Source: Lama glama (lineage: Eukaryota). Taken from it: 64,000 bases of DNA. The stretch lies in the NCBI GenBank assembly GCA_028534125.1, contig CM052816.1, positions 55,740,001 through 55,804,000 on the forward strand, written 5' to 3'. The position numbers were made by a program, and so were the translations under genes. Below the pieces are notes generated by a model. That model was not told the DNA's origin and did not search any database. It saw nothing but the letters and a program-made list of their open reading frames with translations. This document shows, one piece after another, positions 1-24,931 of this stretch (positions within the stretch are counted from its first letter, which is position 1; the number at the start of each line of letters is the position of its first letter).

Positions 1-480
1 GACCAGTTGAGATTTTTGGAAGATGTATGAAGTGGAGCCTGGCTTTGAAAACTTAGGAAAGCTAACAGTCTTAATTTTGGTGATAGAGAAATAGTAACTT
101 TCAGTAGTGTCTGTCATCTTTAGAGAAATCCCATGGAGATTTAGTGGACTAAGAAGAAGGAAATGCCAGTTTGTGGGGTACAGATCCAGACACTTCTGCT
201 TCCTACCCTCTCTGCCTGCCTTGTAGCACAGTACCCTTTGTAAATTTTTTCTGTCTTTCAGAAGATTTCTTATACCTTCTGTTCCTTTCTGGTGGGATAT
301 TTGCAAGTGTGTAAAGATAATTTTACACTTAAGGGTGAAGAATCTTTAACATATAAACTTCAGTAGAGTTTCTGTGCATTCCATGAATTTGGAGGGTAGG
401 GGGAGTCTGTTCTGGTGGCCTTGCAGCTGCTAGTGGTAATACAGTGCTGAGTGTCTTACTTCTTGCTTTCTTTCCTACAG

Positions 481-2605
481 TGACTGAAGCAAGGCTGTGT
501 GACATTCCATATTGGAGGAACAAAATAAAAAACAAAATTGGACACTCTAAGCTGGAACATAGGATCTACAGCCTTGTCTATGGCCCAACACCTTGGCCTC
601 GTGTGCAAAAATGAAGAAGTACTGCAATAGCAAAGCTGAACACCTAAACACTAGCTGTCTCCTGCTAGGTCTCCTCGCTCAGCATATAACTATAAATACA
701 TGTAAAACTACATGTATATGGCTCTATTTTTATTTGCTTGCTCCTAGAAGAGAAAAAAATCAACTTTGAATCACAACTAGGAATTGATGCTTTAATTTTT
801 GGAAACTTTTTCAGAATTTTTAATTTACTATGGTTCGGCCTAAGATCCTCAGTTGTATCAGGTTTTGTGCACAACAGAAAAGCACAAAAGTTGGACGCAC
901 GTGGGGCATGTGCTTTCTGTGCACCAAATATCTGGATGGGGTTCTTTTTTCAGGCCTACAGTCTAATCTGTGTCCAGAATTTTTTGACTTTTTTGCTTTG
1001 TATAATCATAGAATTCATTGCTGCTGATTTCTATAATGATTCATGTTGTCGTGTAAAGTGTCTCTTAATAACTGAGGGCTGTCAGTAACCTGTGATTTCG
1101 CCTTTTCTATAGTCTTACTCCCATGAAGAACCTTGGTTCTGATGGAGAAAGAGTGAAAAGCTTTATTTTTTCCCCCAGATATCTTTATATTTTTATTGTA
1201 TTTTTAGTTGTGTAGTGTGTGCTACAAGTTTTTTCAGCGTGTTACAAACACAATTTGGTAACTTCTAAATTAGTTCTGCCTGCCTCCAAACAGAAACATC
1301 TGTATAACCTGACAGGTGTAAACCACATTCTGGTTAAACGGTCAGAATAAAATGAACTCATGTTTTCATGAAATTTGTAAGAGGAGATATGGTATCACTC
1401 GTTAAAGCAAACCAGACTGAGCTTTAACGTTTGGTTCTCTATTTCTGGTATTCAGTAACATGTATGTTTGTTAGTTCTTTTAATTTGGGTCAGTTGAAGA
1501 GATACGTTGTAAGATACGCATAGAAAATGTGTGCACTGCCCCGGTTTGCCTCTTGATCAGAAACGTGAGCAGAGCAGTGAAGAAGTCCATGTGATTCAAA
1601 TTGAAATTCTTTCTTTAGTCGCTATAAGCACCTAGATGTAAAATACCTTTTTTAGTAAAAACCTTGAATCATGGAGTCGAGGCAGGGAATAGTACTCACT
1701 GAAGTAGAAATGACTGCCCACTTCCGAGTCTTCGTTGTGTTCATACACAGATGTGCTTACAGAAGTCAGAGGCATTTTGTAGACGCTTTGCTGACTTGTT
1801 CGTCTCTATAGAAACACAGAAATCAGAGCCATTTTGTAAAGCAGAAAATCGTGTCACATGGAACATGTCCTGTATATATGTCATATGTGGTAATGGAGTC
1901 TTAATGACAAATGCAAGGTGATAATTTAATGATGGGATTCGTCTGATCACTTAATATACACAATCCTGGAAGTGAATTACTTGCATCAGATATAGTGGTA
2001 TTTATTATTCTGTACAGAGAGAAAAATACATATAAGACATATGCTTACATTACATGCACGAGATTTCATGCTCCATAAATCTTTTCTATTTTTTAATTTA
2101 CCTTTCTCTAAATGATGTGCATGGAATATGCCTTATTACAGAAAAACGCTGTTCATGATTTGACTACGTGGAAAAGTGCCTCTATGGTGGTAATGCTAGT
2201 TAAGGCAAATAAGACAAATTATCATATCAGTTTACTACATCACCAGTTAACATTTTATATTGTGATGTTTAAAAAAAGAAAAGTTTATACCTCAAATGTG
2301 TACTTTATTTTACAATCAGTTGTGGGGTTGGGAGTATGGGGGTGTTGGGGAGGGAAGGTTTATTCACCATAGCCACTGATGGGAATCGTCAGAAAAAAAT
2401 TCTATATGCCCACTATAAATACTTTTCTGTTTGCCATTTCTGGTAACTATCATGACTAAATTGGCTAGTTTTATTTTACAGAGGTATGGAAAGTTTACAG
2501 AGCGGTGTCTAGATCTGCATTAGTTGCATTTGCACTAAATGTTAGTGATATAATTTTGCAATTTATTCTGTAAATAAAATGATTACACTAAAAATATTTG
2601 TATTA
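481..2605 (+). other. CERT1: CERT1 (COL4A3BP) non-coding terminal exon / 3' UTR; may extend to ~3500-3960
   Basis: Strong acceptor ttcttgctttctttcctacag|TGACTGAAGCAAGGCTGTGTGACATTCC matches the recalled COL4A3BP mRNA 3' UTR; known tail-to-tail synteny with HMGCR; AATAAA at 1346, 2573, 3483 and 3936. Confidence 0.8.
2573..2578 (+). terminator. CERT1: Candidate CERT1 poly(A) signal AATAAA (ATTAAA also at 2602)
   Basis: TGTAAATAAAATG at the end of an AT-rich UTR-like block. Confidence 0.6.
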
Positions 2606-5600
2606 AAAAAGAAAAAAAGGAAAAGATACATTTACCTTCAGATAATTGCACTAGCATTTCACTGGGGTAAACCCTGCCCGGCCAGATTTACAAGTGAGTT
2701 GGGGACTAGGAAAGGGGTTTAAAAGGGATCAGAGTGTGGAGAGGTGCTAGCCCTTTAGACAACACTCAGACCCTCTGGGATTACTTCCGTGTGGCTAATT
2801 CCTACCTGCTGAATGTACATGGCGTTTTCTCATCCACAGTTATTCTCACCCAGTTACTTCCTACTTCTCTTCCCCAAGAAAAAGAAAAGTAAATCATTTT
2901 ACTGTCTTTTCTACTCAGTTACTCCTTTGTACTGTGATAGAAACCTGAATGATGCCGGTGATGAGGGGTTTTGTCCCTGAGTGCCCACTGTACATGCAGT
3001 TCAGGAGAGCGCAATGTTTCGCTTGGAATTCAGGGCTCCTGCTTTTGAGGTGGAGGGTGACCATAGTAGCTCTTGATTTGGGTTCACTACAGGGGTAGCT
3101 ACACCAAGGAGGAAGATGACTGGGAGGGTGTAAAGAATACAAAACAAGGAAAAGGAGGAATGGGGTTCCCATTAGTTCACTTTCATCAGCTAATTTGTAC
3201 TCCTATACAACATCAGTGTCAGTTGCTATTGAGAAAATTTTAGTTGGGCTGAGCTGGTTCTCTTGTGAAATTTGTGCTGGTTATTTTTAAGCTTATCAGT
3301 TGTTTGTCCAATTAAACACTTTCACCAGTATTTGATCCAAGTTGTACAGACGATGTATTTGGATTATTGTCATTGTTCATCTACAAACTCAAAACATAAT
3401 CATTGTAAAGTACCTTGGGAGTGTGTGGAGTGTAACTGTTCTATAATAGCTTTATGGTCCTGATGATGTTTTTAAAAAAAATAATAAAAGTTGGATCTTC
3501 CATGTTACAATCACAAAATTAAAACCAGTATTTAAAAGTGGAAAAGTATTAAAATATTATGGACAAGTGTGCTTGCTTGCTTGTTTTTTTTAACCCCCAG
3601 GTACTGCCTTACATAATTCTCTGAGTAGTTAAGAGCTTGAAATATTCCAGTTCAGTGTTCTTCACACTGTAGATTGTAACCCAGTTAGGGATCAAGAAGA
3701 CTACTGAGTTGTGACCTAAAATAATTTTTTACAAAATAGAACAGACTAGATCAAGTACGTAACAAATAATAAAAGTATTTTGTGAATCTTTTTTACATAT
3801 GTATGTATTGTGTAGGTTAGTTTTTAATGATTTTTTTTTTTTTACTGTGGATCCTGTTCCAAAAGTTTTTTGTTTGTTTGTTTGTTTGTTTTTAGTTGCT
3901 AGAGAGTGAAGCCATATGCAGCTGGGCATTTCTAAAATAAAAGCACAGTGCCAGTCATAACACACTTAAAATTTAGCTATATGCATTTAGCCATAGATAA
4001 GTCATCCCTCATTCATTTAAATAATATGGCCAGCTCCACTTGGTACACAGAGGGGATTCATGCCCTAGGACCACCATGAGATGAAAGTGTGGATTTGCGC
4101 CTCACTTGGTCATTGGTTGCCTTCACGGTTATATTGAAAGGCACTGATGTATTTCTCTCCTAGTGTTCAAAGATGCACACCATCCAAACAATATGACCTT
4201 TAGACACAAGCCAACTGTTTAATCTGGTGGGATGCTGGAGAGAAATCCATCTAGCTGTTGTGCTGGATTTATTTGTGGAGAAATGTTATGTAGTCCTCAT
4301 GGCGCACTTGAGAAATTTGTCAAGAGTAGTTTTAACTCTGCAGTTTTTGCCTTAAGCTTGGCTCTGGAATATAACCAAGGTGTAGTTCTAACAAGCTATT
4401 TCAAGTTGAATTGCTTTTTTAGTGTCTTCCAGGTTTTCTTGCCATTGTTTGAACTAGATTACCAGAGGACTCATTGTTGGCCTTTGCATTGTCTACCCGT
4501 TAAGGAAAATTTTGTTAACACTCCATGTCTGTACACTTTGAATAGCCTTAAACAAATATCCTAATGTTAAACTCCTTTATTTGGCTTCTTCTCCACAGAA
4601 TTCTGTGAATTGAGTGCTATAACAAATCCTAAAGATCTTGGAAGTTACTAAAAGATGCTAACCAGGATATTCTTATCACCCAGGCTTTATGATTGTTGAG
4701 GTGCTAATGAGGATGTCTCCACTACATGTCTGTACCACACACCACGCCTGCGTTTTATCTGACTTCTCCCCTTATGGTTGGTGGTGATGGTGATGGGCGG
4801 TGTCACCTGTATTGAAAAGATAAGGAAACAGACCAGAGTTCCAGGACTACTGGGTGACTCGAGTCTTCTTGCTGTCAGACTGTGCTGCTGTTATTGCCTT
4901 GTGTCTAGAATATAGTGTTTGACAGAATAGAAAGAGGTGACATGCTTGAAGAACTTCAGGGTATGGGTCTTAACACTACACACTTAGTATTGGCTTCACA
5001 AAACCAAAATACCTATGTGTCACAGAACCCCACCAGATCTGTAAATTTTATCTTAAAGGTTAAATTAAGAAGCTTTTTAGAAATGTATCTAAACTAAGAA
5101 GAAATAGGCTTTGAGCATTTTAATAAGGTTCGTTACCGATAGACCTAACCATATTTGAGACGTGCGAAAGTCTTTCTGGTTCTTGGTTCATGGTTGTGTC
5201 CTCAGAAAGTGGATAGGGAATGTGGGTCATTGCTGTGTTTACCAACATCCATGCATGTGGATAGCACCAAATTAGTAAGCTCTTCTGCTTCACTCATTAT
5301 TCATTTTAATTTAAAACCACAATTTAATGTATGGTTCGTGGCTTTGACTTCTCATTCCTAACGCCCAGTAGATACTTCTGTTACTTCTAAGTGAATTTCT
5401 CTGCATGTGCTTGGGTACCGTGTATGCCGTATACTGAAAGGGAACGAAATTTAGAAGCCAGAACACCAGAGTACTTCTGGCTATCTCACGTTAACAGCTT
5501 TGATCTTGCCAAGTCATTTTATTGTCTCTAGATCTATTTTTCTCTTCTATAAAATAATATGAAATCACCTACCATGGCTACATCACAAATTGTTTGGGGA

Positions 5601-6744
5601 AGAGTGCGATAATGTATTCAACATGCTTTGAACTTTAAAGCCCTGTGCAACTGTGAGGAACTATTCGGTCAACCGCAAATAGGTGCTCCATGCTGTCTTT
5701 TGAATGCTGAGGACATGGAGCTGAGTAAGACACAGGAATCATGACAAGAAGGACGCAAACATTTGGGGGCTTTGAGCTAAACCGTAAGTCACTTGGCTTC
5801 TCTGGGGTTTAGCCTACAGGGAGGGGTATGTCCAGTAAGGGAGAAAACTAGAAAGAGAGGCAGAAGGCAGTTGGTGGAAAACTTTGAAGGCCATGCGAAG
5901 TATTTTGATCATTCTCTCAGCAGAGGGCGTCACTGAAGGGCTTTCTTGAGCATTCCTGCTTTACATATCCAAGGAAAATCAGTGGGGACTTACTCAATGC
6001 CTGGTTTTATTTTGATGTGGAATAAGTCAACCATTAATGTTTTCACTTACAAATAATTCTCACGCTAATGTCAGAAGTAATGACAATAATGAAGTCACTA
6101 ATGATAGCGACAGTTTCAAAAACTTGGGAAGTGGAAGTGACAGTGGCTCACAGTGGTCTGCCCAGCAGTCACTGCCGTGTTTGTGAAGTATTAGCTGAAG
6201 AGGAAGAGTTCAGAGCTGGAGAGTCGGGGTAGCCCCCTAAGTAATCTTCTCTCCTAATCAAATTATCCTTTGATACCTAATGCCTCTTGTTAAGTGTTTT
6301 GATAGTGTTCTTATCTCCAGGACTGAATCCGCACTCCTTTGACTTCAGTCTGATGTGCAAGGTATGGTTTAAGAGTTTGGCCTTCCTGCATCTGCTTTAC
6401 CAGCCTGACTGTCCTGGGTCCCCTCTATGAGTAGATCGTCCCAGCCAGGTGGGTTTACTCCATGTCACTCAGCAATCCCTGCTTACCTGCAAAGGAACTC
6501 CTCTCTCTCCTCCCTTCAGTCAACATCCAAAAACCTACTACAGGGTCCCAATTTCCGACCTTACCTATAACAGCCTCTCAGCCCTTCCTCTTCAGTTCTA
6601 TCCTATATGCTTTTCCCTTCATCCTTAGATCATCTAACTACTATGCCATTAATCTAGCAGCTGTGCTAATAAGCTGGTCTCTATCTTATCAGTCCACCTG
6701 GATGGTATATTTATGATAAGAGTAAATGTGGCATTTCATGGAAT

Positions 6745-6915
6745 ATGTGGTGCCAGGTAAGGCCTTAGAAGCCAGCCGATCCAACTGTCTCATTTTACAA
6801 ATAAGGGAACTAAGAGAAACACGAAGCAAATGACCCAAGGTCTCACAATTAGTGGCAGAGCCACAACTAGAATGGAGGTCTCTGGATTTCCAGTTCCCCC
6901 AACACTGCTGTCCTC
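6745..6915 (-). mobile_element. MIR SINE
   Basis: CTCATTTTACAAATAAGGGAACTAAG...CCCAAGGTCTCACAATTAGTGGCAGAGCC. Confidence 0.75.
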
Positions 6916-8515
6916 CTCCCCTTGTAAATAACTTATTTTCTCTTTGGAATAAGTTCTAATTACACTAATTTATTGTGTCAACCATTCAACGAGATGGAGG
7001 ACCTTTAAATCGAAGGTACTGTGCTAAGGTAACAAGACATGGTCCTTGCCTTCAAGAGACCTCAGTCTGGAGGAAATTGTGGGCAAGATTGGGGGAGGGA
7101 ACTTCAACTTTTATTTGTATGTGTTTTTATCATTTTAGTTTTAGTTTTTGTTTTCTGATGAGGTGCTCAAGGTTGTTCAAGGTTTGGATCCTACTGGACC
7201 GGGTAGGCACTGTCCTACGCAAGTTAAAAGAAGGGACTTTCTCAAGAGCTTTCCATTTAACACTGTAATTATCCAGGCGATCCCAGCAAGCCAGCGTCAA
7301 GCTCTGGCCACTTACCACAGGCTGCGCAGCACGGGTGAGAGCATCCCGATCTGCCCAGGGAGCCGCGGCCAGAGGTAAGCGGCTTACGAGCCGACCTGAG
7401 TTTACTTTCCGATTGAGAGCAATCCAGGGTTAAGAATGAGGAAGGTGGTTCACGGGTCCTACCCTAAATCAGAATAGACTGAGGCAGGAAGTGCACCACA
7501 TCCTGCTGGTTTTACTGTTAAGAGCTCTTTGAGGCTACCGCCCTGGTCCAGACAGTGAGACGGGCGGGGAGGTAGAGGCTTCTGGGTCCGTCTTTTGTGA
7601 GCTTCGGGAGAGGAGAACGCTGGGGAGGGAGGTTCTTCCATCACACATCAGTTAGGGCTCACGGTACTCTGGGTTTGCTTTATGGTGGCCACCACCTCTA
7701 ACACAATCCCAGCTGATTCTGGAGTGGAGACTGAGACAGAATTTCTCCTTCAACTGTCCCCTCCCCTCCCCTCATCCATCGAACCTTGTTTACCATTTAA
7801 AGTTTCAAGTGACAGGAAAGCAAAGGAATTCCATAATCAGCACAGGTTAGGCAACGGTAGCCCTTCTCTTTTGGATTAATACCTGATGCCTTCTTGCCAA
7901 GCTTCCTTGACAAAGCATGAAACACACAACTGGCACCAGGCCCTCCCTCCCCTCTTGAGGCTCGCTGCCGTCTGGCTTCAGAATTTACCAATTGAGTGGT
8001 CTGTTGAATAAGCTTCTTGCCTCTGAGGAATCCTGCTCCGGAGCTGCAATCCTGGGAAGTTAAAGTACAGAGCAGTCACACTTTGGGGCTGTGAGGTGAG
8101 GGTAGCTAGCAGGGAATGATACATGCAAACCTCTTTAAAGGTGGGCTTCTCCTCTTTGGTCCCCCACTGCATTACTTGGCCCTTTGGGAGATTGTGTGGG
8201 GACCAAGGGGTAGGAAAGCGAGGGGAGTAAGTGGCTAAAAATGTCTCTCTCTGAGACAGTCATTCTGTGCATTGAAAATGTAGGGAACTTTGATGTTTTA
8301 TGGAGCGGGGGTCATAGCGTTAAAGGGGCAAGGGGGAGAACCAAACTCAAAAAGCATACTTTGCAGTCGGTTAGTTATATCTCTCTAGAATTAACTCTAC
8401 TGTTTTATTAACCAACACTTAACCTCTCCTTGGGGGTTTGCGGTGTGCTTCTGAATAAACACAATTTTCTAATACCATTTTTCCACAGTAACACCAGGCA
8501 CCTCGCACTTAAACC

Positions 8516-8549
8516 GAGTCCAGAGTGTTAACCACTACGACATGGAACC
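8516..8549 (-). pseudogene. Tailless 5'-half tRNA-Gln retropseudogene with target-site duplication
   Basis: Minus strand GGTTCCATGTCGTAGTGGTTAACACTCTGGACTC vs tRNA-Gln 5' half GGTTCCATGGTGTAATGGTTAGCACTCTGGACTC (30/34); flanked by AGGCACCTCGCACT(T/G)AAA at 8496-8513 and 8556-8573. Confidence 0.85.
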
Positions 8550-9824
8550 TCTCTTAGGCACCTCGCACTGAAATCCAGAATGGTTAGAGCAGCAAAAATA
8601 GAACTGCCAAAGTCCTGGCCCCACCCGAGACCGAGGGAATCAGGAACCCAGGTGAGTGTGCTGCACTCAAGTTGGAGGACGGCTGGACCAGAGCACTTCC
8701 GTGTTCTGCCTCCTAACTCTAGCTGGTGGCACAAGGCTCTTCCATTGGCCTGAAGGAACAACTGTTTGAAACTGTCTCACATCCTGACGTCTGAGTGCCC
8801 AGAGCTCCAGATGTGCTCAGGAGGAAAAGAATAGTGTTTGTGCATGAGGAGGGGAGGAGTTCCACGCACATCACACTGAAAAGGGCATCTGTTAAAAGCC
8901 CAATTATAACTAGCTCATTTGCCATCTTCTCTTGGCTTCCAGTGTACATGTTATCCGTCATTTTTGCTAACTGGGCAAAGTTCATTCTTAATAAATTCAA
9001 GCCATTTCCAGAAAAAGAGGAGGATAGCTTGAGACATTGGTCTTGAAAAAAAAAATTTTATGAACTTACAACTCTTACTTCAACTTTCTGTACACAGTGG
9101 ATTTGTATTGATGTGTTTTGCTGTTCTGTCCTCTTGTTTGGGCTCAGACCCTTCAGTGTTGAGATGTTCTTTTTGGATTTAACTCTCTCCTGAGATGAGG
9201 AAGATCCTCTGGCCCCAAGCACCTCACTGGTCATCACATCCCCCAAGGGAACTCCCGTTTCCTGCCCAGCCTGCCCTGCTCTCGAGGGGGCAACCAGACA
9301 AGTGATCACAGGGCATGTGGGGAGAAAAATTCAAAATGACTTTCCAGTATCTGGGCCTTGGTTTTTAGTGGCTCATACACACCTGTTCACCTCTCCCTAT
9401 AGCAGAAGTAGTCAGTAACTGCCGGTAAATGGGAATCAGCTTTTAAAGAGGCCACTCTCGGCTACACTAAGCTATACTCTCCGATTCTGCTGGTACAGCT
9501 TAAGTGCACGCCTGCAGTGGCTTTGGCTGTCCAGTCGTCATGGCCTCTTCCTCACAACTGTCACACCCCAATATTCAGCAGTTTTCTGGCTGAGACGATA
9601 AATCTGAACTACTCAAACTCTAAGTATAAGGAAGCTAGTTTTAATGCATATATAACATGGTCTGCCGTTCCCGCGGTAGGGCTGAAGACACCAATGGAGA
9701 CTGGCCAATGGTCATGGGACACCTCGTGTGAATTTCAGGTTACCACTCCGGCCAGACTTTAAAAGCTTCCAGGTCTCAGGCCTATGGTTAATCCAAATAA
9801 AAAAGGTTACTGCTTACACTTATC

Positions 9825-11614
9825 AGTATTAACTTCCTTTTCATAATTTACTGGAACTGGAAAAAAAGTATAACAAGATGTATACAATTTAGCAATTTTA
9901 CAAAACATTAGTTTAGCAAGATGATATTGATTACAGTCACCAAAATTAAGACTCGACACATTTTGCACTGCCACTTCCATGAACAAAATCAGAGAAAGAA
10001 GAAGTCACTGGCTGCAAAGTCACAACAGAAGCAATTTAAACTTTACATACAACAGAAAAGGTCAATCGTCCCCAGTAATACCACAGACGCAATCGCTCAG
10101 CGGCTCCCCATGCTGCCACGCGTGACTGGAATGTTTCTGAGTCTGTCTTCTACGTGAGCCATCAGCTTTCCGAGACCAACACTTGAAGCATTAGATGTAA
10201 TACAAAATAAGGAGTTCTTTATTATTTATACAAAAGTTGTACATTAAAAACAAGTAAGATTCAACAACTCTGCTGACCCCCCTGAGGAAGCTCTTACGGG
10301 TCCATCCAAGAGCCCTGCATGAATGTTTCCGTCACCGACCTCCTGGCCACGGGACGAGGGACGCTCCTTCCACGGCCATTCACGCGGCGCCTCCACTGGC
10401 TCTGAGAGCTGACTTTCCCGTTCGTGAGGCTCAAAAGTAAGCAGGGGTTCCCTGGACACCATTAAAGACCACCGTCTTCTCCGGCCCAAGCTTGAAGTGT
10501 TGTACCAGTTTATCAGTTGACTTTTACTTATTTCTTGAACACTTTCAATAAACTCCTAGCACAAGAAGCTTTATTACAACATATACAGATTTGATAGAGT
10601 TCTTTACAAAAAGCTACCTAGATTTTTCAGCTAAATAAATTAAAGTGTCATTTAAGAAATTAAAATTGGCTTCCAGAAATGGTAATTTTCTTCCAAACTT
10701 GTGTTTTCCCTCCTGAGTTTGGAGAGAGGTCACAGACTTGTATGTCAGTGATAAACAGAGCCACCTTTGTCTAGCAACATCAAGTGCTCTTGTATCTTTA
10801 ATACAGAGCACAAAACTCTGTTTCTTAAAGCCTTATATGCTGAAAGGCATGCTACAGCCAATCGAGACAAACATTTACATTTAGACAAGAGTCCTCTCTG
10901 AACAAACAGCCTGCAGAGATAAATGCAGTGATTTGTTTTCTTGAAAGAGAACTATTTAGCACTGCTTAGCACTTTATTCCATAATTTGGGAATAAGAGTA
11001 ATTTTTCCCTTGAAGAAAGCAGGTCCCCTTCTGAAGAATCGTATTGGCTATCCCCCACAAAACTCAAAACAGAGCAGCACCAAATGAAGTATTAGTGTAC
11101 AAAAAATAAACTTAGCTCTTATCTCTTAAAGTTCTACAACCCAGACTTAATAAATTAACTATGAAATCAGGAGTTGTGTCAGCTACAATATAATTTAAAA
11201 ATCCATTTTCAATCAGGTTGGGGCAGTAAGGTGTGGACAGGAGGAGGGTTTAATCTCACACTGATCACCATGAACTCCGTGAATTTCATCAAAAGAAAAC
11301 ACTGTTTTCCAGCTGCATTCTTTCAGAAGTGTGCTGCAGATTACCATCTGTGATGCTTTAAAGGCGCAGCATCCATGTTGAGATTTCTCCAAAGAGCACA
11401 GCATGTGAAGCATGTAAACTGTTTTCAGATCCGAGGAATCTGTATGGAAAGGAAACCTTAGACTTTCTGAAAGAGCCAGAAACCAAGGAGTCGTCTCACT
11501 AATCATGTCTATTCATCCTCAACAAGACACCGCACTGAGCTTTCTAATTCACAGATTTTATGTTAGTCCTTTAGAACCCAAGGCCCGTGTTGCAGTTCAC
11601 AGCGGTCAGGCCAT
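9825..11614 (-). other. HMGCR: HMGCR 3' UTR (proximal end ~10190, distal end ~9825)
   Basis: Follows the stop codon; resembles the recalled mammalian HMGCR 3' UTR; poly(A) signals at 10218-10223 and 9847-9852. Confidence 0.8.
10218..10223 (-). terminator. HMGCR: HMGCR poly(A) signal AATAAA
   Basis: AATAAAGAACTCCTTATTTTGTATTACATCTAA on the minus strand, with UGUA motifs upstream. Confidence 0.85.

Positions 11615-24931
<13,317 letters not shown>

Noticed and set aside
8419..8531. TTAA...TTAA-bounded segment resembling a piggyBac MITE
   Set aside because: No convincing terminal inverted repeats; the right part is explained by the tRNA-Gln retrocopy.
8496..8573. Repeat-spacer-repeat pattern resembling a CRISPR unit
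   Set aside because: Mammalian DNA with only two repeats; these are target-site duplications.
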